64,000 bases of DNA. Origin: Ranitomeya imitator. Lineage: Eukaryota. The notes beneath the pieces are model-generated. The model had not been told where the DNA came from, ran no database searches, and saw only the letters and a list, made by a program, of their open reading frames with translations. The position numbers and the translations under genes were made by a program. Positions 22,007 to 34,079 of the stretch are shown piece by piece (the first letter of the stretch is position 1; every line of letters begins with the position of its first letter). The stretch lies in NCBI RefSeq assembly GCF_032444005.1, contig NC_091282.1:280550001-280614000 (forward strand). Direction: 5' to 3'.

Positions 22007-22567
22007 TCAATAATGGAACATGATTTCATTCCTTTTGTTAAGCCCGTCAGGGAATCTAGTCCCTAGATTAAAAATCCAGTATTCTTCCCAAGTGACTAAA
22101 ACTCTGCCGGTATTGCCGCCACGAAGAGGTGTTTTTTCTATCTTTTCTATGCCAGTAATTATTAATGAGTTAATATTACGTGCATAATGTTCAATAAAAT
22201 GTTTGGCTACAGATGAAATATTGCGGTTATTATTTCTAGTGTTGGAAATATCATATAAGTGCTCGGTAATGTGAGTTTTTAATTTTCTGATAGTACATCC
22301 TATGTATGATTTATGACATATAATACAATCAATCTTATAAACTACATATCGAGTATTACAATTAATAAATTCCTGAATATTAAAAATATTTGTATTATCA
22401 TGATTATTAAATGTTTTAGTTATAATCATTTGTTTGCAAGTAGTGCAATTTACTGTACCGCATTTATAGCTTCCTTTACAGTCCAACCAGGTCCCCGATC
22501 TTTTATTGTTGTTGGAAATGAACATACTAGGAGATATGTTACCCAATGTAGGTGCCCGCCTTGCCAC
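22007..22567 (-). pseudogene. PLE GIY-YIG endonuclease domain
   Basis: CGTVNCTTC...VVYKIDCIICHKSYIGCTIRKLK..ITEH...E..WIFNL.T..P.GLN. Confidence 0.9.
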
Positions 22568-22777
22568 AATATTACAACCCCCATTTAATACTTTAGCTAG
22601 AATGGGATCCTCATATAAAATAGGTATAGATTTATTAATGATGGTTTTGATAGCATGAAATTGAGGGCTGTATTGTAAACATACAAATGGTTTGCTAGAA
22701 AATTCATTCCTCTGCTTACATCAATTGTGACAAGTACGAGGGGAAATGAGATCACATTGATTCTTATTAGAATCAAT

Positions 22778-23037
22778 GGGCGGCATGGTGGCGCAGTGGC
22801 TAGCACTGCAGCCTTGCAGCACTGGAGTCCTGGGCTCAAACCCCACCAAGGACAACATCTGCAAAGTGTTTGTATGTTCTTTCCGTGTTTACATGGGTTT
22901 CCTCCCACATTCCAAAGACATACTGATAGGGAATATAGATTGTGAGCCCCATCGGGGACAGTGATGATAATGTGTGCAAAATGTAAAGCGCTACGGAATA
23001 GGTTAGCGCTATATAAAAATAAAGATTATTATTATTA
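22778..23037 (+). mobile_element. tRNA-derived V-SINE
   Basis: A box TGGCGCAGTGG, B-box-like GGGCTCAAACCC, V-domain, L2-type tail and (ATT)n. TSD TTATTAGAA. Confidence 0.9.
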
Positions 23038-23656
23038 TTATTAGAAACTATATTGAATGCTCTATTCAGCATCCAATTAGGATATCCCCTTTCATGGAAT
23101 CTATTGCAAGATTTAATCAGATCATTTTTAAGATTGTTGTTATTATTGCAGTTACGTTTAAGCCTTGTAAATTCACCCACAGGAAAAGACTTTACTATAT
23201 GTCTGGGGTGACTGGTGTCGGCATGTAAGATTGTGTTCCCCGATATTGGTTTGGAAGAAGTTCTCGTAGAGATGAAAATGGTCAGGAATACCATGAACAT
23301 ATGTACATTTTATGTTGTAATTATTACTGTTAATGTAGTTCATGAAAGGTTGTATGGCAGATACATCGACGATACATTAATTATATGGAATCGTCGATGT
23401 ATCTGCCATACCAAAAAATAAATGAGGAAAACTGATTTGTGGGTGTAAAAAGAAAATAATATTCCCACATAGCTATAACCAAATTGGCTATTGATGGTGA
23501 GAACTTAGCACCCATTGCCACACCGGTGTGTTGTAAATAATATTCCTGATCAAAAGAAAAAAAAATTGTGAGTCAAAAGAAAAGCAGTCACCTGTAATAT
23601 AACATATAATTAATTAAATCTTGAGAATAAGAACTATAACGATTGAGATGAAATTG

Positions 23657-23977
23657 TAGGTTCACATTTGCGTTGTGCAGTCTGTCTAGCGCATACGCTA
23701 ATGGACTGCGTTAACGCAATGTCTAAAAAGGATCGCGTTTAGTGCAGATGCCCGATCTGCGCTAGCGAGAACGGACCCCAAAACGCTGCAGACAGCGTTC
23801 GAGGTCCGTCAGAAAATAACGGAACATCGCTAACGCATGCCAAAAATGGCATGCGTTAGGGATGCGTTACATACATTGCGGTCAATGGGTGCACTAACGG
23901 ATCCGTTACATTGCGTTAGTGGCGCTATGTAACGTATTCCGTCAGCGGACACCGACTAACGCAATGTGAACCTAGCC
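23657..23977. mobile_element. PIF/Harbinger-type MITE
   Basis: TAGGTTCACATT...AATGTGAACCTAGCC|TTA; left TIR eroded. Confidence 0.75.
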
Positions 23978-25298
23978 TTAGGCTTGTATGGCTACATTAT
24001 GGGGTATGCATGTAGAAAATGATGTTACATCGCAGCTCAACCAACTATAATCAGAGGACCGTTTTTTGCATGATAAGATACTTAATACATCTTTGGTGTC
24101 CTTAATAAAACCTGGAATTCTGAGGACTAGAGGTTGTAATAAAGAATCAAGCCATTGTCCCATGTGTTCATTGGTAGAACCTATACTAGAAACTATGGGT
24201 CTCATAGGGGGGGAAATGTCCTTTTTATGAGTCTTAGGTAAGCCATGTAATATGGGCATAACGGGATGCGACACTTCTAAAAATTCCCAGAGTCACCCCC
24301 TCCTCAATCATTTCATCCATCTTTCTTGAATGCAATAGTGGGATCTGCAGATATTTTTTTATTTTTATACGTCGTCCCATCAGATAATAACCACAATATT
24401 CCGTTGAGTGCACCGAATTCATAACGACGATCATTCCTCCTTTATCGCTCATTTTAATGGTGATGTCGTTCATATTTTTGATGTCTTGAATAGCTTTCCT
24501 GTGTTTGCTAGATAAATTGCCAGGTCTATTGTTGGCAGACTCGTTATATTTCAAGTTCTTAAGTTCCCGTTCCATAACCTCTTGGAATTTGTTCATGCAG
24601 TCCGGTCTCGTTTGAACAGGATAAAAAAATGGATTTTTAAGTTGTTAGATTGATGTACCAAATTATCAGGTGCTACATTCACATCTTGCAGCTCCTGCAA
24701 TGCCAAAAGAGAAACTTGCTCATGAAAATCCAATGCATGAAATTCATTCTCATGGTTGATATCATATATCTGCATTCAGTAGTACTTTCATCAGACCAAA
24801 AGTATTTTCTGATGGTAAGATTCCGAACAAACTTATTGATGTCCAAAATGGTGGAAAATAAATTAAAGTCATTATCAGGAACAAAATGTAATCCATAGGA
24901 CAAAACTTCCAATTGTTCTTGTGAAAACACTTTAGAAGATCAATTTAAAACATTGACATGTATCTCTGTGTGAACTTTTTGCGGCGTGTTTGCATGCCAG
25001 AACTGTTTTCTGTGTTTATGCCCGCCGCGCCTTTTGTGTTTTTTGTCTTATTAAAATGTTTAACTGAACTGCAGCTGGTAGATTCATTAACAAAGGAGTC
25101 AGACATACTGAGATTGTTATCCCCAGAATCACCTTCACGTGAGCTGAAACTCACATACCGTTTATTGTGTTTTTTTCCTATAATAGGTATTTCTCAAAAT
25201 AGATCTTGGTGTACTGGTTGAGGAGTCATCTTCATTCCAATCATAAATTTTTTTGGAAGAATAATCTTCCAAATCACGTTGAAATTTTTTTTTCTTAA

Positions 25299-25699
25299 AG
25301 GGAACCTGTCACCCCCAAAATCGCGGGTGAGGTAAGCCCACTGGCAACAGGGGCTTATCTACAGCATTCTGGAATGCTGTAGATAAAACCCCGATGTATC
25401 CTAAAAGATGAGAAAAAGGCGTTAGATTATACTCACCCAGGGGCGGTCCCGCTGTTGGTCCGGGTCCGGCGCCTCCCATCTTCATCAGATGACGACGTCT
25501 TCTGGTTTTCACGCTGCGGCTCCAGCGCAGGCGTACTTTGTCTGCCCTGTTGAGGGCGGAACAAAGTACTGCAGTGCGCAGGCGCCGGGAAAGGTCAGAG
25601 AGGCCCGACACCTGCGCACTGCATTCCAGAATGCTGTAGATAAGCCCCTGATGCCGGTGGGCTTACCTCACCCGCGATTTTGGGGGTGACTGGTTCCCT
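25299..25699. mobile_element. Kolobok/T2 MITE
   Basis: TTAA|AGGGAACCTGTCACCCCCAAAATCGCGGGTGAGG...GGTTCCCT|TTAA; long TIRs, TTAA TSD. Confidence 0.9.
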
Positions 25700-26302
25700 T
25701 TAACATAATCTCATCTTCTAATTTGTTGATATCATGTTGTCGTTTTTTTTTTAATTTAAACACATTCTTTTCAATAGCTGTAATATGCATGTTTAAATTC
25801 TGTTTAGTTTCATCTATCTCCTTTTGTATGTCTGACAATTTTACTTCCTCATACTTAATAATGAGGCGCATCAGATTCAATGAACAGGTGCTCAAGATGC
25901 TATTCCATTCATTAGAGAATTGTTCACAAAAAATGGTAGTGCGTTTCTTCTTAATTCTCAAGTTCCTGGGAATCATGTCCTTAAAGACATAATTATTTAA
26001 GGTGGTGAAATCCCACCATATTTTTGTCTCTTGAATCATTAATTTATGCAATTGAGTTCATAAATTAGAGACCTCAGAAGAATCGACATTCCCATTAGAT
26101 AAATCAGAAAAAACCTGTGCGGCTTTGTGGAGACGGTCTTTAGCAAAATCATACATAATGTGTGAAAAAATTTGACAACGGTAGATGTTAAACTCACTAT
26201 AATATGAAAGGGTGTTGTGTCAAAAAATGCAATTTAGGAGCAAGGAAACAGGTGCACGGCCATCAACATGAAATGAGCGAAAAAAGCCAGCTCACCGTTT
26301 CC

Positions 26303-26630
26303 AGGCAGGAAACTTGGATCAATGCTGCAAACGACCATGAGGAACATGACAGGTGGTGCATCTGAGTCATTGGATGGTGGTCAGGAAAGGTGGACCACTA
26401 CTGTCATTGACTATGAGATACATGGTAAATGGTACGTCTGACTCACTGGATAGTGGGCATGAGATATGGACCACTGCTGCAATCGACCATGGGGTTCGTG
26501 GTAAATGGTGCATCTGATACAATAGATAGTGGTCAGAAAATGTGGATTGCAACTGTGATCGACCATGAGGTACGTGGTAAAAGGTACATTAGACTCACTG
26601 GGTAGGGGACTGAACACTAGTGCTGCTATA
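26303..26630. repeat. Continuation/duplication of the ~76-bp repeat
   Basis: 26303-26541 closely matches 21264-21578 minus one unit. Confidence 0.85.
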
Positions 26631-26639
26631 CCTATAGCA

Positions 26640-27210
26640 CCTAAAGTCTAATTCCCCATGGATGGAAAAGCCGGTGGCCATAGGAAAAATAACACTCCTT
26701 TGCTGCGTTCGAAGTCTGGATACCTGACTGAAATAGAGAATAAAAAGAGAGCCACCGGAGGAAGAAATGTACAGACTCTGCAGGAGCTACATTGGGAAGG
26801 ACTATAAGATTTTGTGTACATAGACAAAGAGCAACCATGTCTGTCTAAAATCAGTGTGTCCTGGAGTCATGAACATTTTTTTTTTTTTTTTTAACATTAG
26901 AGGCACTGGTACTTTAAGCTGCTGAGCCACAAGCTCTAGACGATTGGGAGGGGGGAGTTAGGTGCTCTCCTGGAGGGAATGAATTTGAAACATCTAGGCA
27001 GAGCGTCTAGCCCAAACACTGCAGTACAGCAGGTGGATGTCTCTTCATGATACTCAGCGGGAAAAAAAGATGGCGCTGAGGAGTCAGCGTTAAGGAAAAA
27101 AAAGGTGCGGTGAGTTCCCGCGACAGATGAGTTCCCATGCTTCTGGTGATCGAGTCACATTGTGGGGGATGAGGGCAGTGGGCAGGAGCACGAGACAGCC
27201 TGTACAACTG
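26640..27210 (-). mobile_element. Highly decayed DIRS YR relic
   Basis: Weak minus-strand resemblance to YR segments of the other DIRS copies. Confidence 0.4.
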
Positions 27211-27596
27211 GTAGTCTAAATGGCAAGGGCGAGTACCGACTCCGGGAGCAGGCCCCTTAACAAGCCAGGGACTAAAGTTAGAAAACCAGTTGCCGGGAGA
27301 GGCAGGGTGGCGAGGGGCCGTGGTTGGGGCTATAACTGCGTCATGATTTTACATAAAAAACACCATATCACTATTGTGTTTACGAGGAGCCCCCTCCTAT
27401 TTTCTAAGGACTTATGTGGAGAGATACCTGTCCTGAACGCGCCAGAATCCATCTTCGCAGCACGATAAGGAAGACTATCATCCGACGTCCCGGTGGGACG
27501 GGTCGGCTGGAGGGTACCGGTTACTTGGCTGTCGGGCAGCTATAAGGTATGCATACCATCTTCCCAACCTGCACATCTGGCTCTGTAGCGAGCAGC

Positions 27597-28395
27597 ACGC
27601 ACGGTGGCTTAGGCCTCTTTCACACTTCAGTTATTTGGCGTCAGTCTAAAACCGCCATTTTCCTCAAATAACGGATCCGTCATTTTTTTTGACGGATCCG
27701 TTATTTTCCCATAGACTTGCATTAGTGACGGATTGTGACGGATGGTCGTCCGTTCCATCCGCCATGTGACGGATCCGTCGACATTTGGCGGACGTTTTCT
27801 GAAAATAGATGGACATTGGAACGTTTTTTGTCAGCGCCGAAATGGCGGATCGCGACGGATCCGTCGCGTCCGCCATTCCATAGAATGGGCGCCTATGGGC
27901 GACGGATCCGCCGCAACCGTTTTTTCGGCGGATCCGTCGCCCCAATCCGTTTTTTCAATTGCGCATGCTCCAAAAAGTAGATACTTCTCCCAGACAACCC
28001 CCAAGTAACGGATCCGTCAAAAAAACGGATCCGTTAGAACCGTTTTCGCAACAATTGTGACGGATCCGTCAATCCGTCGCTATGTCGGTAGTGACTGACG
28101 CCAAAAGACTGAAGTGTGAAAGAGGCCTTAGTGGTTAGCACTGCAGCCTTGCAGCGCTGGAGTCCTGGGTTCGAATCCCACCAAGGACAACATCTGCAAA
28201 GAGTGTGCATGTGTATGTTTGTGCATCTGCAAAGAATGTGCATGCTCCGTGTTTGTGTGGGTTTCCTCCGGGCACTCTGGTTTCCTCCCATATTCCAAAG
28301 ACCTACTGATAGGGAATTTACATTGTGAGCCTCATTGGGGACAGCCATGATAATGTCTGTAAAGCGCTGCGGAATATGTTAGCGCTATATAAAAA
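27597..28395 (+). mobile_element. V-SINE split by a Harbinger MITE
   Basis: CACGGTGGCTTA|MITE|GTGGTTAGCACTGCAGCC...GGTTCGAATCCC...GTAAAGCGCTGCGGAATATGTTAGCGCTATAT. Confidence 0.9.
27612..28127. mobile_element. PIF/Harbinger-type MITE
   Basis: TIR GGCCTCTTTCACACTTCAGT; TTA TSD; internal ACGGATCCGT palindromes. Confidence 0.92.
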
Positions 28396-28654
28396 AAATA
28401 AAGAAGAAAAATAAAGAAGAAAGTAGCGAGCGGGCTAGGGTGTAGTGGTAAGGACCAGTCCACATCTTTGTGCAGATGCCCCAAACACTCTTGATGTGTT
28501 AGGGGTGATAGGGTGCTGCCTGGTAGATACAAAAGGATACAGTAGTGACACAATCCCTCACTGTGCTCCCGGTCTCTAGGGGGGAGAACAGAGTGACACA
28601 ATTACACTCTTGTCGCCCAAAATTACTGTCTGTCTCTGTAAAAAAATATAATTA

Positions 28655-29593
28655 ACTAGATGGCAGCCCGATTCTAAAGAATCGGGAGTCTAGAATCCAT
28701 ATATACTTTATTTATTCAAATGTAAAAATAATACAATTAATAAATAATAGTAAGAAAGAACAAAAAATGGCTGCACTCACCAGCTCTTGACAATTCTTGT
28801 TATTTAAGGTACAGTTACACAGGATCCATGAACATGCTTATGAGGGGAGGGATGAAAGACATCAGACGACAACTTTGCGTGTTGTGGCAAATGCCACAAC
28901 AACGGTTCTTTGCTTAAGAACAATGTCAGGTAGTAGGAAAATACCCAGTTAATAATAGGCAATAGTTCTTTGCAGGAATGCAGATATTAATAAATAGGCA
29001 GTTTATATTGCAGAGAAATTGCTGGGCAATAATGGACAATGTCCTTATGTGGCAAATAATAGAGCAATATACCCAATGTGGCAAAGAAGAGGTTAATAAA
29101 CGGCAGTCTCTCAGTATAACAGTCAGTGAATAATAGGCAGTATATGGAGAAAACACCAAACAAAAGTTCAAAATTGGTGTGAAAATGTCACTGAACCACT
29201 TCACAACTAAATATATATAGTTTTGGTAAATGGTATCATTTTTTTGACGAAATTCGGCAGGAGCTTGAAGAGCAACATCACTGGGCCCGCCTCCACGCAG
29301 TAGAAACTTGCAGTGAGGTAAAAATTCAAAAATCACACCAAAATGGCGGGCGGAGTGTGTCACAGTACGGCACGTTTCTGATTGGTCGCTCGCAGCAGGC
29401 GGCAACCAATCAGACACTGGACATTATCTCCGGACATTATCTCCGGACATTATCTCCGGACATTATCTCCGGACATTAGCTCCGGACATTATCTCCGGAC
29501 ATTAGCTCCGGACATTAGCTCCGGACATTAGCTCCGGACAGGAAGTTGGCACAAATTGCAGGAAGTAGTATTCTAGGCAATTATATATTAGAT
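28655..29593 (+). mobile_element. Non-autonomous Helitron/Helentron (Lep1/HINE-like architecture)
   Basis: 5' ACTAGATGGCAGCCCG with perfect hairpin CCCGATTCT-AA-AGAATCGGG. Subterminal CTAGAAT/ATTCTAG. Tandem repeat near the 3' end. 3' end TTATATATTAGAT. No TSD. Confidence 0.6.
29419..29540. repeat. 13-bp tandem repeat GGACATTA(T/G)CTCC, about 9 copies
   Basis: Direct reading. Confidence 0.95.
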
Positions 29594-29619
29594 AAAAACA
29601 ACAGAGCCTAAGGGTAGAA

Positions 29620-29800
29620 ACAGGGCTGAGAGCAGCCCTGTGTCCAACTCCTACAGAAACTAAGCTAAATCTGATGAGCTTCCTGCCAGTTGGTGGGTAT
29701 ATACTGCTGGGAAGGAGATAACTTTTTTTGCAATGTGTCAGCCTCCTAGTGGCAGCAACATACAGCCATGGTTTCCTATGGCCCCCAATGAAGAGAAACA
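29620..29800 (+). mobile_element. DIRS right-LTR fragment
   Basis: GTGTCAGCCTCCTAGTGGCAGCA...CCCCCAATGAAG matches 6520-6580. Confidence 0.75.
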
Positions 29801-30314
29801 TAAAAAAAATGTAGTTACTCTTAATACAAAAATTAAATTTGCCATTACAATTAACCATAACATTAGAAAATGTAACTTCCTCATCCTTCACATTGGTGAT
29901 TACTTATGTTTATTGATGGTATACAATTGTTTCTTTAAGTATTATTATTTGATGGTATGAAACAAAAATGGAACTTTTTGGAAAGTGTACAGACAGTATT
30001 ACTGTTCTGTTGACCACAGCTGACATCAAGATGACTACCACCCTGAAGTTCTTACTTGCATTGTACAATGATAGTTTCATGCTGTATGTTTTCTGATGAT
30101 GATGCTATGACTATGGTAGAGATGATTGATGCCGCAGATAAAAGGGTATTAAGCTTTTAAAAAAAAAAAATAATGTACTTTTTGTTCTGTATGTTAATGC
30201 TAAATGTGTCCTTTACTTGTTAAAATAATACTTACCTCTTTAGGTCCTAAGTTGCAATATTTTGTTGTAGTTTATTCAGTCTACGCCTCATTTAACTATT
30301 AATATCATTCTCAG

Positions 30315-30485
30315 CAATTACCACTCAGGGTCAGACTACTCATGTCACATTGGGAGCCCCTAGGCCGCAGGCACCAGCAACATTTGCAGCAAGGCAACTC
30401 GCCCATTCGCAGACGTCCCAGCATACAGTTCAGCAGAGTGTTCTATCTCCAAGGCTGGTGCTCAGTTCTCAGGCTAGGCTTCCAA
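30315..30485 (+). CDS. EP400: EP400 coding exon (AITTQGQ...RLVLSSQARLPS)
   Basis: tcattctcag acceptor, phase 1 to 1, A|GTAAGT donor. RLVL.SQ..ARLPS matches EP400. Confidence 0.85.
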
Positions 30486-30518
30486 GTAAGTGTTGGAACA
30501 AAGCCGTGATGACTCTAA

Positions 30519-30702
30519 GGCTGGGGTCACACTTGTGAGTGTAATGCTAGAAACTCGTGCATCAATACCCGGCACTGCCGCTGGCACTCGGGACCGGAGT
30601 CTGCGGCTGTATGTATTTTGTATTTCTGTGCAGTCGCACACACCGGTCCCGGGTATTGATGCTCAAGTTTCTCGCATCACACTCGCAAGTGTGACCCCGG
30701 CC
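30519..30702. mobile_element. PIF/Harbinger-type MITE
   Basis: TIR GGC(T/C)GGGGTCACACTTG; TAA TSD. Confidence 0.92.
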
Positions 30703-31660
30703 TAAAGGATTATGTTTTTTCTTGTGGAGAGTGCCAAGATGGCATAGGGAGACTTATAGGGCATGCAATGTTCCTGTGGGAATTTAAATATGTGAATAAC
30801 TTCTCGATAGAGCAGGAGGTCTTGTACTCCAGTTCCACCAATTGTAAGTAGCTGTCCTAAAAGTAATTATCAACCTTTTAACAAGCCTTACCGAAGACTG
30901 CATTGCACTGACTAGTGGAAAACGCACCAAAACACTTGTTTGCAAATGGATTGTTCGTTTCGGCTTATTATGTAGCAAGGCTCGTTCACAGATCGATATT
31001 TACTTTTAGGATTGCTATCCCAAAAAGGTGGTACTAGTGCTTTTCCTCTTTGAGAAGGCCATTTTGAGTAGTTATTGGGACTTTGTGTGCATTTTCTTTC
31101 TAACTGCAATTTTTAAGTTGGCTAAAGCAAATACAAACTAGAAACTTGATTATTTATTGATTGTGAATCTCTGACTGATTTGTTTGTTCATATGCGTTCT
31201 AAAAGTTAATTACCCTAAGCAACTTTTTAAATAGCATAAATAGCATTCAATTAAGGTGGCCTATTGCTTAGCTACTGTAAAGATCCAATATCTCTTCTGG
31301 GAAATACGCCTTCTCTGCCGAAGTCGCAACTGCATCAAGCGAAATCTAACAAACAGACACAAACATCTTGCTTGCAGCAGAAGTTCACTTAATGCTTTCA
31401 AAATGGAGAATGTTTATCCACACACACCTGATGCTAACAAAAGAGAAAAAAAAAGGAAAAAATAAAGAGAACAACTTTATTGACAGTGCCTGAAGGTAGA
31501 CAAACGGATGCTTAATGAACGGACATCAAAATGACAAACGCAGTGACGTGCGTTAACGCGAAGCTAAATTTACATCAAATTTGGCTCATTTCAGTACATC
31601 CGTTTAACCGATCCGTTAAAAGGATTGTACTAAACACAATGTGAACCTAGCCTTAGAGAA

Positions 31661-31890
31661 CAAATAGGAATTTAAAAGTTCAGCCGTCTCAACATCATTT
31701 TTTACTACTTCACCCTTTTCATCCTGTAATAATCCTATATCATCTTTGATAATATGTTTGACATTTCTTTTGCTTTTGACATACCCCCAAGATCCTTTTT
31801 TACTGCTTTTGATCTCGCTTGCAAGCCTTACTTCACTACTGGCTTTAACTCTTCTAACGCTTTCCCCGCAAACAGTATTATATTCATAGG
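31661..31890 (-). mobile_element. Old CR1 ORF2 fragment (distinct family)
   Basis: Minus strand translates VRRVKASSEVRLASEIKSSKKGSWGYVKSKR...GEVVKNDVETAELLNSY (CR1 EN-RT linker). Confidence 0.75.
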
Positions 31891-32499
31891 TGTTGACTAC
31901 AGTATGCTGTCTTCAGATTACATAGCAAAAACGGTCTCAGAATCAGTGGGATCCTTTGAAGCATTCCAGAGTTATTATTACATAAAGTAACACTGGTCAG
32001 AATTGTAAAAATTGGCCTGATCATGAATGTAAAAACAGGCTGGGGGAGGGGAGGGGTTACATTGTTTATTTAAATAATGAAAAAATGTGTCATGGGGACC
32101 CCTCTAGTTTTGATAATCAGCCAATAGAAAACAGCTGGGGATTGCAGCCCGCAGCTCTCTGCTCTAATTGCGTTGGTTATCAAAAATAAAGAGGAACCCA
32201 CAACATTTTTTCTTTTATTTATTGGTTGCACAGGCGCCAGATGATGAATACTCCCATCAGCCTCGCCTGCTGTGATAGCGAAAGCAGAATATAAAATGAT
32301 GAGTAGTACTCTCATCAGCCTGACGCTGGTGACTGGTGGCATCTTTTTTTTTTTTTTTTTCCCGCCAGTCAGAGCTGCTGGTTCAAATGCTGTCAATTGA
32401 CATTGTGGGAACTGTGGCGCTCTGGCCTGTTTTAACTAACTTGCCACCTATCAGAGCTGCCAGTGTTTCTTGTGCTGTCACACAGAAGACAGTGTGGGA

Positions 32500-33510
32500 A
32501 ACCGCTTATGTTTGGGCTGCCTAACCCAAACAGTAATACGGACTTCCTGGAGAAGTCCACGTTCGGGGTCCGTGCACGCTCACTACTCACAACCCCTTAA
32601 TGGTAGCCACCAACTCTCTGGCAATTCCATGGTTCCAAATTTTACTCGGTTGTCTCTTCCCTTCTTAACCTTTGCTACCCAAATTGCTCAAGAAGATGAG
32701 GCTAGAAATAAATCGTCATCCCCATGGTCTTGGACTGTCCCAGAAGATCACAGTATGTGGAAATGGTCATTTTTCTTTCAACCGTTCCATGGAAGATTTC
32801 AGCTTTGCCAGATCTACTTTCCCAGGTACCCTCTACCACAGCATATTCATGGTCAATCATATAATGGCATGGCGGTTGGGGCTAGAGTTTTCAGGTTGTG
32901 CATACCTTGATCAAGGCAAAGAAAAGATCCTTGTTTTGTATCTACCATCTTATCTGGAAGGCCTTCCTCCGTTGGTGCAAATCTCACAACGTCACCTCTA
33001 TGGTTTTTTCTCTTACATCTCTCCTTGAATAGCTTTACTCAGGTCTCAAGTCTGGTTTGGCTCCTAACTCTCTCAAGGGTCCGCTCTCAGCCCTGTCTTC
33101 ATTTTTCAGAAAGATCTGACTTCTAAGCTTCAAATCAGGACTTTTGTTTTCTGGGTGTTGCCCACTGTTTTTCTCCTCTATCAGCTTGCATTGGATCTCT
33201 GGAACCTGAACCTGGTACTTAATGCTTTTCATTGTCCTTCTTTTAAATCAATCAATAGTATTTACCCACCCTGGCTCTCCTGGAAAGTGGTGTTTTTGAT
33301 TGCTGTTGCTTCAATCAGGCGAGTATCAGAACTGACTTCTCTGTTCCTGACGCTCTTTGTTTGTTGCCCTTTTACCTATGCAAGGTGGTTTGGTGTCCGG
33401 TACCCTCGTTTCTTCTCAGGGTGGTTTCTTCATGTCCCCTTAATGAAGAGATTGTTCTACAGTACTTTTCTCCATCCTTTTATTCCATTCAAGAAACCCT
33501 GACACTCTGT
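32500..33510 (+). mobile_element. Decayed DIRS RNaseH/MT/YR relic
   Basis: ORF 33155-33502 WNLNLVLNAF...WKVVFLIAVASIRRVSEL. Boundaries approximate. Confidence 0.75.
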
Positions 33511-33917
33511 TTGCTCTTACTCAGAGCTTTGCAAAATTGAGTTGTTTGGATGAAAACTGGATGATTATTCATTTGTTCATGTGACCTTAACCTTAGTGCC
33601 AGCAGAGCTATTAATGGATAGAGGGTCCACATAGAAAGCCAGCACATGCTGACAGTGAAGGAGGAACACAACACAATAATGATATATTTAATCAGAGCTG
33701 TGCTTTCATTAACTGCTACCGATTTTTATTTTGTTATTGATTTACAGGATTTAGACTGCTCATATATCCATCTTCTGCAATAAAATGTCCATAGGATCTG
33801 AAAAAAGCTTTAGCCATTTCAGTCATAATTCCTATTAGAAACAATTAAAAAAAACTAAAATGTCATGATTTAAGCCATTTGGCATGACTATTTATTTTTT
33901 ATTTTTATTTTTCATAG

Positions 33918-34079
33918 GTGGAGAAGTCGTAAAAATTGCCCAACTTGCTGCTGGGGCATCCCAGGGACGAATTGCTCAACCCGAGACACCAGTTACTCTG
34001 CAGTTCCAAGGAAATAAATTTACTCTATCCCAGAGCCAACTACGCCAACTTACTGCTGGCCAGCCCTTACAGCTACATG
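33918..34079 (+). CDS. EP400: EP400 coding exon (GEVVKIAQL...PETPVTLQFQGNKFTLSQSQLRQLTAGQPLQLHG)
   Basis: Near-identical to the recalled EP400 segment; tttcatag acceptor, G|GTATCT donor. Confidence 0.96.

Larger units (their letters stand above)
21579..26302 (-). mobile_element. Penelope-like retroelement (RT + GIY-YIG), decayed, with nested SINE and MITEs
   Basis: GIY-YIG ORF 22007-22567. RT pieces (LHGLPKTHK...RPIVS, LSCDVTS; 23978-24274). N-terminal IPRNLRIKK piece (25668-26051). Terminal direct repeat AGCGAAAAAAGCCAGCTCACCGTTTCCA at 21579 and 26277. Confidence 0.9.

Noticed and set aside
22778-22860. tRNA gene (also at 28131 and 40300)
   Set aside because: A/B boxes belong to tRNA-derived SINE heads followed by a V-domain and LINE tail; no cloverleaf.
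29985-30100. Short open frame (DSITVLLTTADIK...) and TGATGA C-box-like motif
   Set aside because: Exit phase is incompatible with the next exon, weak acceptor, and no terminal D box or stem.
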